From NCBI GenBank assembly GCA_047150005.1, contig AP038806.1:3008001-3072000 (forward strand): 64,000 nucleotides of DNA, in the 5' to 3' direction. Positions 20,904 to 32,120 of the stretch are shown here, in pieces. Under the pieces are notes generated by a model that was not told where the DNA came from, searched no databases, and saw only the letters and a list, made by a program, of their open reading frames with translations. The stretch is from Nitrospira sp. (GTDB lineage: Bacteria; Nitrospirota; Nitrospiria; Nitrospirales; Nitrospiraceae). How positions within the stretch are numbered: the first letter of the stretch is position 1; every line of letters starts with the position of its first letter. Position numbers and translations under genes: made by a program.

Positions 20904-21740
20904 ATGGAAGTTCGTCTTCAAAAATTGATTGCCGGAACAGGTCTCGCGTCCCGCAGGAAGGCGGAGACGCTGATTTCGGCCGGCCGGGTGACCGTCAACG
21001 GCGAGGTCGTCACGGAGCTCGGCACGAAAGTTGATCCCGGCCGCGACCACGTCAAGGTGGACGGCAAGCATCTCAGCGCGGCGCAACCGTTCGTCTATCT
21101 CATGCTGCACAAGCCCAAGAACGTCATGTCCACCCTGGACGATCCGGGCGGCCGGACGACGGTGAAGGATTACCTGCATGGAGTCTCGGTTCGGGTGTTT
21201 CCGGTCGGACGTTTGGATTTCGACAGCGAAGGGTTGATGCTGCTGACGAACCACGGCGATCTCGCCCAAGCGTTGTTGCACCCCCGTTACCACGTGCCCA
21301 AGACCTATCTCATCAAGGTAAAGGGCGTGGCGACGGATGAAGAGATCAGCCAGTTGGAGCGAGGCGTGAAGCTCGAGGACGGCATGACCGGTCCGGCGAC
21401 GGTCAAAAAGATCAAAAAAGCCGAGCAGAATTCCTGGCTGGAGATCACCATCCGGGAAGGACGCAAGCACCAAGTGAGACGAATGTTGGAGGCCGTGGGT
21501 CATCCGGTGATCAAGCTCGTGCGCGTGAAAATGGGACCTCTGACGCTCGGCGATCTCGCTCCGGGCGAGTTTCGGTTCCTGACCGACCGTGAAGCGAACG
21601 CGCTGCGCGAGCTCATCGAACGTCGCGCGACGTCGGCAGAAGGGCCGGCGCCTGTTGCGCCGCGCCGGCAGAGGCCGGCCAAACGTGAAGGATGGGCCCG
21701 TCCGAGCAGAGCGAAGAAGAGTCGCGGCCGGGCCGCGTGA
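20904..21740 (+). CDS. rluB: rRNA pseudouridine synthase, RsuA/RluB family with S4 domain
   Basis: [15 protein letters not shown] (S4), [21 protein letters not shown]. Confidence 0.85.
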   Translation: MEVRLQKLIAGTGLASRRKAETLISAGRVTVNGEVVTELGTKVDPGRDHVKVDGKHLSAAQPFVYLMLHKPKNVMSTLDDPGGRTTVKDYLHGVSVRVFPVGRLDFDSEGLMLLTNHGDLAQALLHPRYHVPKTYLIKVKGVATDEEISQLERGVKLEDGMTGPATVKKIKKAEQNSWLEITIREGRKHQVRRMLEAVGHPVIKLVRVKMGPLTLGDLAPGEFRFLTDREANALRELIERRATSAEGPAPVAPRRQRPAKREGWARPSRAKKSRGRAA

Positions 21741-21780
21741 TCGAGCTTTTTCATCGTGCGATGAGGAAGGCGAGAGTGGC

Positions 21781-23544
21781 ATGAAAATCCGGACACATCG
21801 TTGCGGTGAGTTGAACGGTTCCCACGTGGGCCAGTCGGTCGTATTGAACGGCTGGGTCCAGCGGCGCCGGGACCATGGAACCGTGATGTTCATCGACTTG
21901 CGCGACCGTACCGGCATCACGCAGGTCGTGTTCAACGCCGAGCGCAACGAAGCGGTGCACAAAGCCGCCCATACGTTGCGCAGCGAATGCGTGGTCTCGG
22001 TGACCGGTCAGGTTATGGCCAGGCCGGCGGAATCAAAGAATCCCAACTTGCCGACCGGCGACGTGGAGGTATTCGTCGATGCGGTCGAGATCCTGAACGA
22101 GGCCAAGACGCCGCCGTTCCTCATCGAAGACGAAGCCGACGTTACGGAAGCGATCCGGCTCAAATACCGCTATCTGGATTTGCGGCGTCCAAAGATGCAA
22201 CGGCTGCTAAGCCTCCGTCATGGCATCGCCCAGGCGGTGAGGACGTTCCTGAACAGCGAGGCGTTTCTCGAGGTCGAGACGCCCGTTCTTACCAAGAGCA
22301 CGCCGGAAGGGGCGCGGGACTACCTGGTTCCCAGCCGGGTCAATGCGGGACAGTTCTTCGCCCTGCCCCAGTCTCCACAGCTGTTCAAGCAGGTGTTGAT
22401 GGTCAGCGGCGTGGACCGCTACTACCAGATTGCCCGCTGTTTCCGGGACGAGGATCTCCGCAACGATCGCCAGCCCGAATTCACGCAGATCGACGTGGAA
22501 ATGTCGTTCGTCGATCGCGAGCAGGTCATGAGTCTGATGGAGCGTATGATCGTCTCGGTGTTCGAGGAGGCAGGCGGCGTGCGGCTGCCGGCACCCTTTC
22601 CGCGCATGACCTATGCCGAAGTCATAGGCCGCTACGGATCCGACAAGCCCGATCTCCGGTTCGAGATGCCGCTCCACGACGTCACGCAGTTCGCCGCGGC
22701 CAGCGAATTCAAAGTGTTCAAGGACGCCGCAACGAAGGGCGGAATCGTGAAGGCGTTGATCGTCAAGGGCGCGGCGACCATGGCGCGCAGCCGGATCGAT
22801 GCGCTCGGCGAAACGGCCAAGAGCTTCGGAGCCAAAGGACTGGCCTGGCTGAAAATCACCGCCGAGGGCCAGCTGGAATCCGTCATCGCCAAATTTCTCG
22901 ACGCCAAAGCCTTCGGCACCGCGCTGCCGGATGCCAAGCCGGGCGATCTGGTGCTGTTCGGCGCCGACAAGCCTGCGATCGTCCACGACGTGCTCGGGCG
23001 AATCCGGCTCGTGTTGGGCGAAGAATTGGGCTTGATCGACAAGACCGCCTGGAAACCCCTGTGGGTAACGGAATTTCCCTTGCTCGACTATTCGCCGGAA
23101 GAGAAGCGGTACATCTTCATGCACAATCCCTTCGCGGCGCCGATGGACGAGGACGTACCGCTGTTGGATACCGAGCCGCTGAAAGTCCGGGCCAAGGCCT
23201 ACGACATGGTGCTCAACGGCAACGAGATCGGCGGCGGCAGCATCCGCAACCACCGCAGCGAAGTGCAGCTACGGATTCTGGATCTGCTGGGCATCGGCAA
23301 AGAACAGGCTCAGGCGAAGTTCGGATTTCTGCTCGAAGCGCTCGACTACGGCGCCCCGCCACACGGTGGCATCGCCTTCGGCCTGGACCGGCTCATCATG
23401 TTGCTGGGCGGAGCCGATTCGATCCGCGACGTGATCGCGTTTCCCAAGACGCAGCGTGCGCAATGTCCGTTGACCGACGCGCCGTCGCCGGTCAGCGCCG
23501 AGCAGTTGAAAGAGTTGCGGATCAAGCTCGATCTCGTCGAGTAG
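21781..23544 (+). CDS. aspS: Aspartyl-tRNA synthetase (possibly non-discriminating)
   Basis: [41 protein letters not shown]. Confidence 0.97.
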   Translation: MKIRTHRCGELNGSHVGQSVVLNGWVQRRRDHGTVMFIDLRDRTGITQVVFNAERNEAVHKAAHTLRSECVVSVTGQVMARPAESKNPNLPTGDVEVFVDAVEILNEAKTPPFLIEDEADVTEAIRLKYRYLDLRRPKMQRLLSLRHGIAQAVRTFLNSEAFLEVETPVLTKSTPEGARDYLVPSRVNAGQFFALPQSPQLFKQVLMVSGVDRYYQIARCFRDEDLRNDRQPEFTQIDVEMSFVDREQVMSLMERMIVSVFEEAGGVRLPAPFPRMTYAEVIGRYGSDKPDLRFEMPLHDVTQFAAASEFKVFKDAATKGGIVKALIVKGAATMARSRIDALGETAKSFGAKGLAWLKITAEGQLESVIAKFLDAKAFGTALPDAKPGDLVLFGADKPAIVHDVLGRIRLVLGEELGLIDKTAWKPLWVTEFPLLDYSPEEKRYIFMHNPFAAPMDEDVPLLDTEPLKVRAKAYDMVLNGNEIGGGSIRNHRSEVQLRILDLLGIGKEQAQAKFGFLLEALDYGAPPHGGIAFGLDRLIMLLGGADSIRDVIAFPKTQRAQCPLTDAPSPVSAEQLKELRIKLDLVE

Positions 23545-23579
23545 CCCTGTCGCCCTGTTAGCGAGGAGCGCCTCAACCG

Positions 23580-24743
23580 ATGGCCGCCAACACGTTCGGT
23601 CGGGTCTTTACCGTAACATCGTTCGGCGAAAGTCACGGCCCTGCGATCGGCTGCGTCGTCGACGGCTGTCCTCCGGGCCTGGTCCTTGCTCCCGAAGACA
23701 TCCAGAAGGATCTCGACCGGCGCAAGCCGGGCACGTCCCGCCACGTGACGCAGCGGCAGGAGAGCGACACAGTCGAGATTCTCTCGGGCGTCTTCGAAGG
23801 AAAGACGACCGGCACGCCGATCGCCCTGTTGATCCGAAACCAGGACGCCCGCAGCAGGGACTACGGCAACCTCATCGACACCTTCCGCCCCGGCCATGCC
23901 GACTATACCTATTGGCAGAAGTACGGCATCCGCGATCATCGGGGCGGGGGGCGCGCGTCGGCCAGGGAAACGGCGGTTCGGGTCGCGGCCGCTGCGATTG
24001 CGAGAAAATGGCTTCATGAGCACTACGGCGTCGTCATCCGAGGGTATCTGAGCCAGCTCGGGCCATTATCCATTCCGTTCAGGAGTTGGGACGCGGTGGG
24101 AACCAATGCATTCTTCGCGGCGGATCCCGGCATGGTGGACAAGCTCGAATCCTTCATGGACGACCTGCGCAAGTCCGGCGATTCCGTCGGGGCCAGAATT
24201 ACGGCCGTGGCCGAGCACGTGCCGGTCGGATGGGGCGCGCCGGTCTACGCGAAATTGGATGCCGATCTGGCCGCGGCGATGATGAGCATCAACGCGGTCA
24301 AAGCCGTGGAGATTGGAGCGGGGTTTGCCTCCGTGGCCCAACGGGGATCCGAACACGGCGACGAATTGACTCCGGAAGGATTCGCCACCAACCATGCCGG
24401 GGGGATCCTTGGGGGCATTTCGACCGGCCAAGACATCGTCGTCTCGATCGGGATTAAGCCCACGTCGAGCATTCGCATCCCTCGCCGTTCCATCGATAAG
24501 GCCGGCCGACCCACAACGATCGAAACCAACGGACGCCACGATCCCTGCGTCGGCCTTCGCGCGACGCCGGTCGCTGAAGCGATGTTGGCGCTGGTCTTGA
24601 TGGATCATGCGTTGCTGCACCGGGCGCAGAACGCCGACGTCCGCACGTCCACTCCGAAAATCGCGGGATCGCTCGCCGGTCCTCGCTCACCGGTCCGCAC
24701 GCCGTCTGCAGCGAAAGTCGATCCGGAACCCCACGAAGCGTAG
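23580..24743 (+). CDS. aroC: Chorismate synthase
   Basis: [26 protein letters not shown]. Confidence 0.97.
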   Translation: MAANTFGRVFTVTSFGESHGPAIGCVVDGCPPGLVLAPEDIQKDLDRRKPGTSRHVTQRQESDTVEILSGVFEGKTTGTPIALLIRNQDARSRDYGNLIDTFRPGHADYTYWQKYGIRDHRGGGRASARETAVRVAAAAIARKWLHEHYGVVIRGYLSQLGPLSIPFRSWDAVGTNAFFAADPGMVDKLESFMDDLRKSGDSVGARITAVAEHVPVGWGAPVYAKLDADLAAAMMSINAVKAVEIGAGFASVAQRGSEHGDELTPEGFATNHAGGILGGISTGQDIVVSIGIKPTSSIRIPRRSIDKAGRPTTIETNGRHDPCVGLRATPVAEAMLALVLMDHALLHRAQNADVRTSTPKIAGSLAGPRSPVRTPSAAKVDPEPHEA

Positions 24744-24757
24744 CAGCCCGGTCATCA

Positions 24758-25555
24758 ATGTCCTTCGCCGACGATGGGAACATCCTCGACATCCGCAACG
24801 CTACCGTCTATCGCGGCGATACCTGCGTCTTCGACGATCTCTCCTTCGCACTGGAAGAGGACCGGCACACGGCCATTCTCGGGCCGAACGGAGCCGGCAA
24901 GTCCACTATCCTCAAACTCCTGGCCGGTGAAGTGCATCCGGTCGCGGACGATCGCATGTCGATCCGCGTGTTCGGACAGGCTCAGTGGAGCGTATGGGAC
25001 GTGCGCAAACGGCTCGGGATGGTGTCACACGATCTTCAGCACCGGTACTTGGACGATGTCACCGGACTGAAAGTCGTCCTGTCCGGTTTTTATGCCAGCA
25101 TCGGCATCTACGAGCGGCAGGATTTCAACTACGGCCAGCTTGCGCGGGCCGACGAGGTTCTGGTCGATCTGGGCGCGCACGGACTCAGGGACAAGCCGTT
25201 CGGCGAGATGTCCACGGGAGAGCAGCGCCGTTGTCTGCTCGGCCGGGCGTTAGTGCATGATCCGCCCGCACTCGTGCTGGACGAGCCGACCAGCGGTCTC
25301 GATTTGACGGCCACGTTTCACTATTTGGATCTGGTCCGGCGGCACATGCGGCAGGGAAAAACCGTGCTGCTCGTCACCCACCATATCCATGAGATCCCGC
25401 CGGAGATCAAGCGGGTCGTGCTCCTCAAGCGCGGCAAGATTCTTCACGATGGGGAGAAGCGAGAGGTATTGACGGACAGGAGCTTATCAGAGCTATTCGA
25501 CTGCCCTGTCACGCTGGCCCAGGCCAATGGCTGGTATCAGGCACTGCAGGGATAA
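24758..25555 (+). CDS. ABC transporter ATP-binding protein (ModF/YlmA-like)
   Basis: GPNGAGKS, MSTGE, LDEPTSGLD, VTHH. Confidence 0.9.
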   Translation: MSFADDGNILDIRNATVYRGDTCVFDDLSFALEEDRHTAILGPNGAGKSTILKLLAGEVHPVADDRMSIRVFGQAQWSVWDVRKRLGMVSHDLQHRYLDDVTGLKVVLSGFYASIGIYERQDFNYGQLARADEVLVDLGAHGLRDKPFGEMSTGEQRRCLLGRALVHDPPALVLDEPTSGLDLTATFHYLDLVRRHMRQGKTVLLVTHHIHEIPPEIKRVVLLKRGKILHDGEKREVLTDRSLSELFDCPVTLAQANGWYQALQG

Positions 25556-25618
25556 GGGACTGGCTCCGGCGCAGGCGGCGGCTAAGGGACAGCCACCGGT
25601 CGGAAGGGTGGCAGTCCC

Positions 25619-26632
25619 TTAGCCGCCGCCCAACACGACGTGGAAGGTGAGGTCCGCATCGATGCGGCGGACTTTGACCGCTACCCGCTGGCCTGGGACG
25701 GTCCGTTCGATCAGATAGTTCTTCAGCTGGGCCGCATCCAGAATTTCCGTGTCCTCGATTGCGAGCAATAGATCATGTTTCTGGATGCCGGCTGATTTGG
25801 CCGGCTCGCCCACGTCCTTGACGGCGATCCGCCATTTGGTGCCGTCTTTCACGGTTGTCATGTGAATGCCGAGCTTCGAGAAGGCCAAGGGCTTGCCGCT
25901 CAGCGCGGCATTGACCATGCGCTCCGCCAGCGTCGTCGGAATGGCGAACGCGAGGCGGCTGCAATGACCCTGCAGCTCGTCTTTCTCCGTCTGGATGATG
26001 GCGTGCATGACCCCGACGACTTCGCCTACGGCGTTGAAGAGTGCTCCACCGGAGTTGCCGCTGCAGACAGACAGGTCGGTCTGCAGGAGGCGTGTATCGA
26101 CCGTCTGGAGGAAGGTATTGGCGTTGCCGATCCGCCCGAACGCCATCGTCGGTCCCCAGCCCAGCGGATAGCCGACGGTAAACACCTCCGTGCCTGGTCC
26201 GGCCTCGCTCGCGGCGAAGGGAGCTGCCGCAGCGATCGTGGGCCGGTCCTTCTCGTTCAGCCGATAGACGACGACGTCCAGATAGGCGCTGTCGCCGACC
26301 AATTGCGCGACAAGCTCGTGGAGGTCGGTCGTCAGGACATGGATGATCCTGGCAATGGTCGGCCCTGAGGGACTGTTCTTTTCGACTGCATGGCGCGCGG
26401 TGACGATATAGCCGTCGCGCAGATGGAACCCGGTGCCACGGACGGCGATCCGACCGGGTTTGTCCGGCGTGCGGGGGTCTTGTGTATCTTCCAACACGCC
26501 GACAGTGGCGCGCTTGGCCTGCTCCAGGATGGCAGCCTGGTCCGATGAGCCGGCCGACGATGGAGCGGGCAATCCGATCGACCCGGTCAGCATGAGACAG
26601 ACTGCCGCTGCTTGAAGCCGCCACCACTTCAC
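25619..26632 (-). CDS. Exported trypsin-like (S1C/HtrA-like) serine protease with one PDZ domain
   Basis: GTG start after AGGAGG; signal peptide; TARHAV, GNSGGAL; PDZ-like PAKSAGIQKHDLL. Confidence 0.88.
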   Translation of the reverse strand: MKWWRLQAAAVCLMLTGSIGLPAPSSAGSSDQAAILEQAKRATVGVLEDTQDPRTPDKPGRIAVRGTGFHLRDGYIVTARHAVEKNSPSGPTIARIIHVLTTDLHELVAQLVGDSAYLDVVVYRLNEKDRPTIAAAAPFAASEAGPGTEVFTVGYPLGWGPTMAFGRIGNANTFLQTVDTRLLQTDLSVCSGNSGGALFNAVGEVVGVMHAIIQTEKDELQGHCSRLAFAIPTTLAERMVNAALSGKPLAFSKLGIHMTTVKDGTKWRIAVKDVGEPAKSAGIQKHDLLLAIEDTEILDAAQLKNYLIERTVPGQRVAVKVRRIDADLTFHVVLGGG

Positions 26633-26685
26633 GTGAATCTCCCTCCTTGAACGTGTGCGCATCGCGCGCATACCCGATGACATCG

Positions 26686-27141
26686 CTATTTTTTCCGGAA
26701 TCCGAAAAAGACCCCGGCGGCGCCGGCTCCGGCCGACGGCAGGTACCCGGACAGGGTCTGTCTTAATCCTTGAGCCCCTTGTTGGATGGAGGCGGCCGCC
26801 TGGCTGACCTGGGTTTCCACGGAACCCCAGTCCAAATCGATCCAGCCCGTGTTTTTCAAGAGGGCGATGGAGGCCAGGATGCCGCCGGCAATCAGCGCCG
26901 CGATCCTCAGGAACCGTCGGAAGGCCCAGCCGATGAAGTAGCCGCCTAAATAGCTGCCTCCGAAGCGGGCGACGTCGGGGGAGGAGAAGTTCGTGATCCA
27001 GGCGATCAGGCCGGCGACGGTGGCGGCGGACACCGCCACGAACGACTTGGCCGTCCAGGGTCCATCCGCGACCAGTGTCTCGAAGAATCCCCGCGGCGCA
27101 GGTGAGGCTCCTTCCGCGTCGTCGTCGATCGGCTCCTTCAC
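26686..27141 (-). CDS. FUN14-family membrane protein
   Basis: GGSYLGGYFIGWAFRRFLR, GWIDLDW, LPSAGAGAAGVFFGF. Confidence 0.75.
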   Translation of the reverse strand: MKEPIDDDAEGASPAPRGFFETLVADGPWTAKSFVAVSAATVAGLIAWITNFSSPDVARFGGSYLGGYFIGWAFRRFLRIAALIAGGILASIALLKNTGWIDLDWGSVETQVSQAAASIQQGAQGLRQTLSGYLPSAGAGAAGVFFGFRKK

Positions 27142-28007
27142 AGGCTCTTACCGGCAAACGTGTCGCACGCCCGCGGATCTCCCGACTCCAACCCTCGGCG
27201 GAGCCAGGTCATCCGCTGTTCCGATGAGCCGTGGGTCCAGCTCTCCGGACGGACGTGGCCTTGGGACTTTCTCTGCAGTTGATCGTCGCCGATCGCTCGC
27301 GCGGCGCGCAGACCTTCTTCGAAGTCTCCCGGCTCGATGAGATTACGCTCCCGCTTGGCGTGGTGGCCCCAGACACCGGCGAAACAGTCGGCCTGGAGTT
27401 CCATCCGCACGGACAGGGCGTTGCCCTCGGGTTCCGACCCCCTGCGCTGCAGCCTGCTGACCCGCTCGGCCGTGCCGACAAGATTTTGGACGTGGTGGCC
27501 GACCTCATGGGCGATCACGTAGGCCTGGGCAAAATCGCCCGGCGCACCGAGCCGGTGAGACAGTTCGTTGAAGAACGACAAGTCGAGGTAGACCTTGTGA
27601 TCGCCGGGGCAATAGAAGGGGCCGACGGCGGATGAGGCCGTGCCGCAAGCGGATTGCACCGCGCCGGTGAACAACACCAGCCGCGGGTCTTCGTAGGGAC
27701 GCCCGAGTGCCGGCAGGAGTTGCCCCCAGGTCCGTTCGGTGTCCGCCAGCACGACGGATGCAAATTTCCCCAATTCATCTGACGGAGGTCCGGTTGGTCC
27801 TGTTTCTTGGGAGGACTCCGGCGGCAGGCTCTGGACCCCGCCGAGCATTTCCAGGAGGGCGAGAGGATTCGTGCCGGTAAAATAACTGACCGCCAACACG
27901 AGGACAATCCCGCCCAATCCGAGACCTCCGACGCCGCCGACGCGCGCCGGTCCCATCCCGCGACGGTCTTCGACGTTCTGGCTCTCCTGTTGCCCTTCCC
28001 AGCGCAT
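27138..28007 (-). CDS. YpfJ-like neutral zinc metallopeptidase
   Basis: SQNVEDRRG, GPFYCPGD, AHEVGHHVQ, ELQADC, HGSSEQR. Confidence 0.92.
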   Translation of the reverse strand: MRWEGQQESQNVEDRRGMGPARVGGVGGLGLGGIVLVLAVSYFTGTNPLALLEMLGGVQSLPPESSQETGPTGPPSDELGKFASVVLADTERTWGQLLPALGRPYEDPRLVLFTGAVQSACGTASSAVGPFYCPGDHKVYLDLSFFNELSHRLGAPGDFAQAYVIAHEVGHHVQNLVGTAERVSRLQRRGSEPEGNALSVRMELQADCFAGVWGHHAKRERNLIEPGDFEEGLRAARAIGDDQLQRKSQGHVRPESWTHGSSEQRMTWLRRGLESGDPRACDTFAGKSL

Positions 28008-28171
28008 GATCTCTCCGATGCACGCTAGTCTGTCATGGAAGCATATCTGTAGGAAAGGATCAACACCTGCCCGGAAGCCTCAAGCATCGTGATATTGCTA
28101 AGGCATAAGGCAGCGACTATACTGCCCACGTTGCGAGGGGATCCGAGGCGCTTGGATCAAGGAGGGGGAAC

Positions 28172-28600
28172 ATGGCTGTGCGTAGAACGGGACTGTTGGG
28201 CATCGCCGTCGTCGCCTGCGCGCTCGTCGCCGGCGCCTGTACCGTGACAGAGTCGGTGAAGGGAACACTCAACGATATATCCGACTTTACTTCCAGCACC
28301 ACGCCTGGCGCCTGGTCCAAAGATGGATTGCTGCGAGCCGAACATCGCCAGATCATTTTTGCCACCTACAACTATGAAAACGTGAAACGGGATATCGCCA
28401 GGGGAGAGGGCGAGCATCTCGCGTCCCTCGCCACGTTGCTGGGAGTTGCCGAGAGCCGGAGTCAGGAATTCGGGCTTCTTGCGCAGGCTCGCTATACGGA
28501 GATCGAGTCGCCCAAGACTTCGCCCGAGGAGATGTTGACGTCCATGAAGGCGATCGTGCGCGACCATCCGGAGTTGGTCCTGGTGGCCGACGCGAGGTAG
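28172..28600 (+). CDS. DUF3015-like lipoprotein
   Basis: Lipobox-like AGAC; DIARGEGEHLASLATLLGV. Confidence 0.7.
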   Translation: MAVRRTGLLGIAVVACALVAGACTVTESVKGTLNDISDFTSSTTPGAWSKDGLLRAEHRQIIFATYNYENVKRDIARGEGEHLASLATLLGVAESRSQEFGLLAQARYTEIESPKTSPEEMLTSMKAIVRDHPELVLVADAR

Positions 28601-28669
28601 CGCGGCTCTCGTCTGGACGTAGCCTCGATCAGTCTGCCTGGACGATCTTTCATTCCCTTCCGGCTGAGC

Positions 28670-29317
28670 ATGCCTAGGCAAGGTTTCCCTCCCCGTAAGC
28701 CGCTCACGCTCGCTTTCCACAAACCGTACGACGTGCTGCCCTGTTTCACCGATCCGGAACGCAGAGCTAGGCTGAGAGAGTTCATTCGGATTCCCGGAGT
28801 GTACGCCGCGGGTCGGCTGGACAAGGACAGTGAAGGCCTCATGATCCTGACGTCGGACGGTGGACTTGCCCATCGCATTACCGATCCTACAGAGAAACTG
28901 CCAAAGGTGTACTTGGCTCAGGTCGAACGGATTCCCGAGGAGGCGGCATTGGAGAGGCTGCGACGAGGGGTACGGCTCGGTGACAAGCGGACCAGACCTG
29001 CCTTGGTCCGTCTCCTGCCTCAGGCGCCGGCGTTGCCGGAACGGCCTGTGCCGATCCGCTACAGGAAGAACGTCCCTACCGCATGGCTGGAACTGACGCT
29101 TCGGGAAGGGATGAATCGACAGGTCCGGCGCATGACCGCCGCGGTCGGGCATCCGACCTTGAGGCTGGTACGGATCGCGATCGGCCCGATCATGCTCGAC
29201 GGCCTGCAGCCAGGGCAATGGCGGAAGCTCTCGCCGGAGGAATTGGCGGCGCTCCGGCAGCCGGTCTTCGACGAGCTTCGCCCCGGCGATTTGCCGCTGA
29301 ATCCCGCAGGCGAGTAG
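28670..29317 (+). CDS. rluE: Pseudouridine synthase, RluE-like (no S4 domain)
   Basis: FHKPYDVLPCF, AGRLDKDSEGL, EGMNRQVRRMTAAVGHPTLRL. Confidence 0.85.
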   Translation: MPRQGFPPRKPLTLAFHKPYDVLPCFTDPERRARLREFIRIPGVYAAGRLDKDSEGLMILTSDGGLAHRITDPTEKLPKVYLAQVERIPEEAALERLRRGVRLGDKRTRPALVRLLPQAPALPERPVPIRYRKNVPTAWLELTLREGMNRQVRRMTAAVGHPTLRLVRIAIGPIMLDGLQPGQWRKLSPEELAALRQPVFDELRPGDLPLNPAGE

Positions 29318-29493
29318 CCCACGTGTCGACTGCCCACAAGGCTGAATTACCTGCCCACTGACCCACGACCCCCCACCTGGCTGGATTCCGTTCCGGCAGC
29401 TCCGATACACTGCGGCGATTTCATTCACCACCACTGACGGCGTCATGCGGTCGTCCTGCCGGAGTACCAGGTCCGTATGGCTCGGTCGATTCA

Positions 29494-31104
29494 ATGGACG
29501 AACACATCCGCACGTCTGATCGTTGGGGAGTGGCGTTCGGCATTCTGTGCTTCGTCGTCGCCGGAGGCCTTCTCGCCATAGGGCTCGACCTGCTTACCTT
29601 CGTGCTGCCGTCCTCTCCACGTACGGGCATGTCCGGCACATGGGAGCCGGCGAAATTGGGATGGATCGCAGGCCTCTGCGTTCTGGCCTCCGGCCTCTGG
29701 GCCGCCAACGCGCGGAGCCTGTTGCGCCCCCACTCTCGCCGGCGGACGATGGTCGAGGACTGGTCCCTGCCGGCCGGGTTGCTCTGGTTGATCCCGACCC
29801 TTCTGAGCGGTCTCGTCTATTACCCGATTCCGTACTTCAACCACCATATCGACAAGTTCGTGCTGGCCATTGGTCTCCTCCTCGCGTGGGCCGCCTGGTT
29901 CTTCGTCCATCCGAGCAGCCTCGCCCGGATGCTCGAGACACGCGCGTACGGCTGGTTACGGATCGCCCTGATCAACGTGGTGGTGTTCTTGCTGATCGCG
30001 GAATTTACCCTCCGGGCGGCCGATCCATTGTTGGCGCGGAGCGGCCTGTTCGGCTCCGCCCGAGACACGCCTGGAGGAGGGATTCCTCATCAAGTCACCG
30101 ACCAGTCCGGCATGACAACGAATGCTCTGGGATTCCGCGACCGGGAGCGAACGATCGAGCGGAAGTCTTCTACCTGGCGCGTCGTCGCGCTGGGGGACTC
30201 ATTCACGTGGGGGGCCGGCGCGCGGTACGACGAGGCGTACCTGACTTTGGTGGAACGGACGCTGGCCGGTGAACGGCCCGGCGCGGAAGTGATCAATCTC
30301 GGCATGGTGGGCTATCAGCCGGAAGAATATCTTGCGCTGCTCAAGGACCACGGGCTGTCGTACCAACCGGACCTCGTGCTCGTGAACTTTTTCATCGGCA
30401 ATGACTTTATGCCGGCGCAAGGCGCGCACATGGTCGTCGCCGGTCTTCGACACCGGGTGCACGTCAATGGCAACTGGTTTCATGACCGACTCTCCTGGGA
30501 CCACTGGTATCTGTCGCACGACCTGGCCTACGTACGAGTCTTGGGCGAGGCGTGGTTCCGGCGGATGCTGGGCAAACCCGATCTGGGCATGTTCGCGTCC
30601 GATCCCGCTCCTGCAGCGTCTGACGAGCCCCAGGCCTTTGCCGGCTGGAGCCCTCGGTACGTCCGCATGATTCAGGGCATGCGGGACCAGTATCTCAGAG
30701 CCGACAGTCCTGTCTTTCTCGCGCGCTGGAACGAGACGAAGGCGGTGCTCGAGCAGATCGATGAACTGCTTCGCGCGCGCGCGGTTCCCTGGGTATTGGT
30801 GCTCCTTCCCGCCGAAGAACAGGTCGATCCCCGGTTGCAGCGACTGTACATCGACATGAGCGGCGGCGTGGCGGATGAGTACGAATTCATGAAGCCGCAA
30901 CGCCTGCTGTCCGCATGGGCCGGAGAACGAGGGCTCGCGGTCATCGACCTCACCAGTTCTTTCGTTGTGGAAGCAACCGACCGCCGCCTCTATGTTGACA
31001 ACGACATCCATTGGAACGCTGCCGGGAATGCGCTGGCCGCCGGCACGGTGCTGAACACACTGCAGCCCCTGCTTCGGCGTATGGCGGGAACCGCGTCCGA
31101 TTGA
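29494..31104 (+). CDS. Membrane-bound SGNH/GDSL hydrolase (AlgX/AlgJ-like)
   Basis: Several N-terminal TMs; NALGFRD, LGDSFTWG, GND, DIHWN. Confidence 0.85.
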   Translation: MDEHIRTSDRWGVAFGILCFVVAGGLLAIGLDLLTFVLPSSPRTGMSGTWEPAKLGWIAGLCVLASGLWAANARSLLRPHSRRRTMVEDWSLPAGLLWLIPTLLSGLVYYPIPYFNHHIDKFVLAIGLLLAWAAWFFVHPSSLARMLETRAYGWLRIALINVVVFLLIAEFTLRAADPLLARSGLFGSARDTPGGGIPHQVTDQSGMTTNALGFRDRERTIERKSSTWRVVALGDSFTWGAGARYDEAYLTLVERTLAGERPGAEVINLGMVGYQPEEYLALLKDHGLSYQPDLVLVNFFIGNDFMPAQGAHMVVAGLRHRVHVNGNWFHDRLSWDHWYLSHDLAYVRVLGEAWFRRMLGKPDLGMFASDPAPAASDEPQAFAGWSPRYVRMIQGMRDQYLRADSPVFLARWNETKAVLEQIDELLRARAVPWVLVLLPAEEQVDPRLQRLYIDMSGGVADEYEFMKPQRLLSAWAGERGLAVIDLTSSFVVEATDRRLYVDNDIHWNAAGNALAAGTVLNTLQPLLRRMAGTASD

Positions 31105-31122
31105 TGGAGAGAGAGAACGGGC

Positions 31123-31947
31123 CTATCGATGCTTGATCATGCGGCCGATGATGCCGATGCCGATGCCGAGCAGGATGTAGCCGATCAACACGTTCACGAT
31201 GACCACACCTTGGCTGATGACGTTCGACGGTTGGTAGTCGACGAGGCCCAAGGCGGCGGTGACGTTGACGGAATAGTAGAAGCCGGACCAGAAGGGAATC
31301 CATGGGGCGGTCATCATGTTGTCCATCGGCTGGAGCCAGCGGATCTGGTAAAAGAGTTCATAAAGCAGCCCGAACACACCGAGCGTGCCGGTCACCCACA
31401 GGCCCCAGCGGGAAAAGCTGGTGCCGTAGTTGCTTGTGGCCTTCCAGGCCAGTTGAGCCCAGGGGTGCTTCCCCTGCATCTTGGCCCAGGCGACGCGGGC
31501 GTTGCGTTCGTTCAGGTATTCCGCTTCCGACCATTCCAATTCGCCGACTTCCGCGAAACAGTGGTTCGCGCGCGAATAGGACCGCACGGCGAAATGCTGC
31601 AAGTCGTGTGTGGCCGGACCACTGTCCGCGGTTTGCGCGGCCCGTTCGCCCAATCGTCCGGCATTGGAGTAGGCACGCCCCGCCTGGGAGAATTGTTCGA
31701 GCCGGTGTAATTGCCCGCCGGCCTGATGATAGGCCTGGGCTGCCTTTGCCGGATCCCGGCCTTCCAGAAAGTGCGCGGCTGCCAGGAAATAAAAGGCCGA
31801 TTGCATCACCTCGGCCCGCCCATCCTTCCTGCCGAAGTCTTCCGCTTTCCGCAGCACGGCATCGGCCGACTGAGCGGCTTCGAGCTCAAGCTCGCCCCGT
31901 CTGTAAAATTCCTGTGCAGCGGGATCGGTGAATGTGACCTGGCTCAT
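31123..31947 (-). CDS. TPR/SNAP-like helical protein with C-terminal 2-TM ion-channel-like domain
   Basis: Ala/Tyr-rich helical repeats; NYGTSFSR, TM, FYYSVNVTAALGLVDYQP, TM. Confidence 0.7.
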   Translation of the reverse strand: MSQVTFTDPAAQEFYRRGELELEAAQSADAVLRKAEDFGRKDGRAEVMQSAFYFLAAAHFLEGRDPAKAAQAYHQAGGQLHRLEQFSQAGRAYSNAGRLGERAAQTADSGPATHDLQHFAVRSYSRANHCFAEVGELEWSEAEYLNERNARVAWAKMQGKHPWAQLAWKATSNYGTSFSRWGLWVTGTLGVFGLLYELFYQIRWLQPMDNMMTAPWIPFWSGFYYSVNVTAALGLVDYQPSNVISQGVVIVNVLIGYILLGIGIGIIGRMIKHR

Positions 31948-32120
31948 GAGGAGTCTCCGGCGGCGCGCTATCGTACCGCACTGTCGGGTAACAGGGAAAG
32001 GGCCGTATGCCGGTTCGTCTTACAGCAACGCGTGTTTGACCCCCTACCGCTTTGGGCTGTCGCTTGAAGGTGTACCGAATCCTGGACTACACTACCGCCC
32101 GAGGTTTCAGGTCGTACGAC

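Noticed and set aside
21987..23561. 524-aa alternative-frame ORF over aspS (and 48460-50388 over the OMF gene)
   Set aside because: Arg/Gly-rich off-frame translation caused by codon bias.
26633..27157. Protease frame extending across the FUN14 gene
   Set aside because: RBS, GTG and signal peptide at 26632 define the start; the extension is off-frame read-through.
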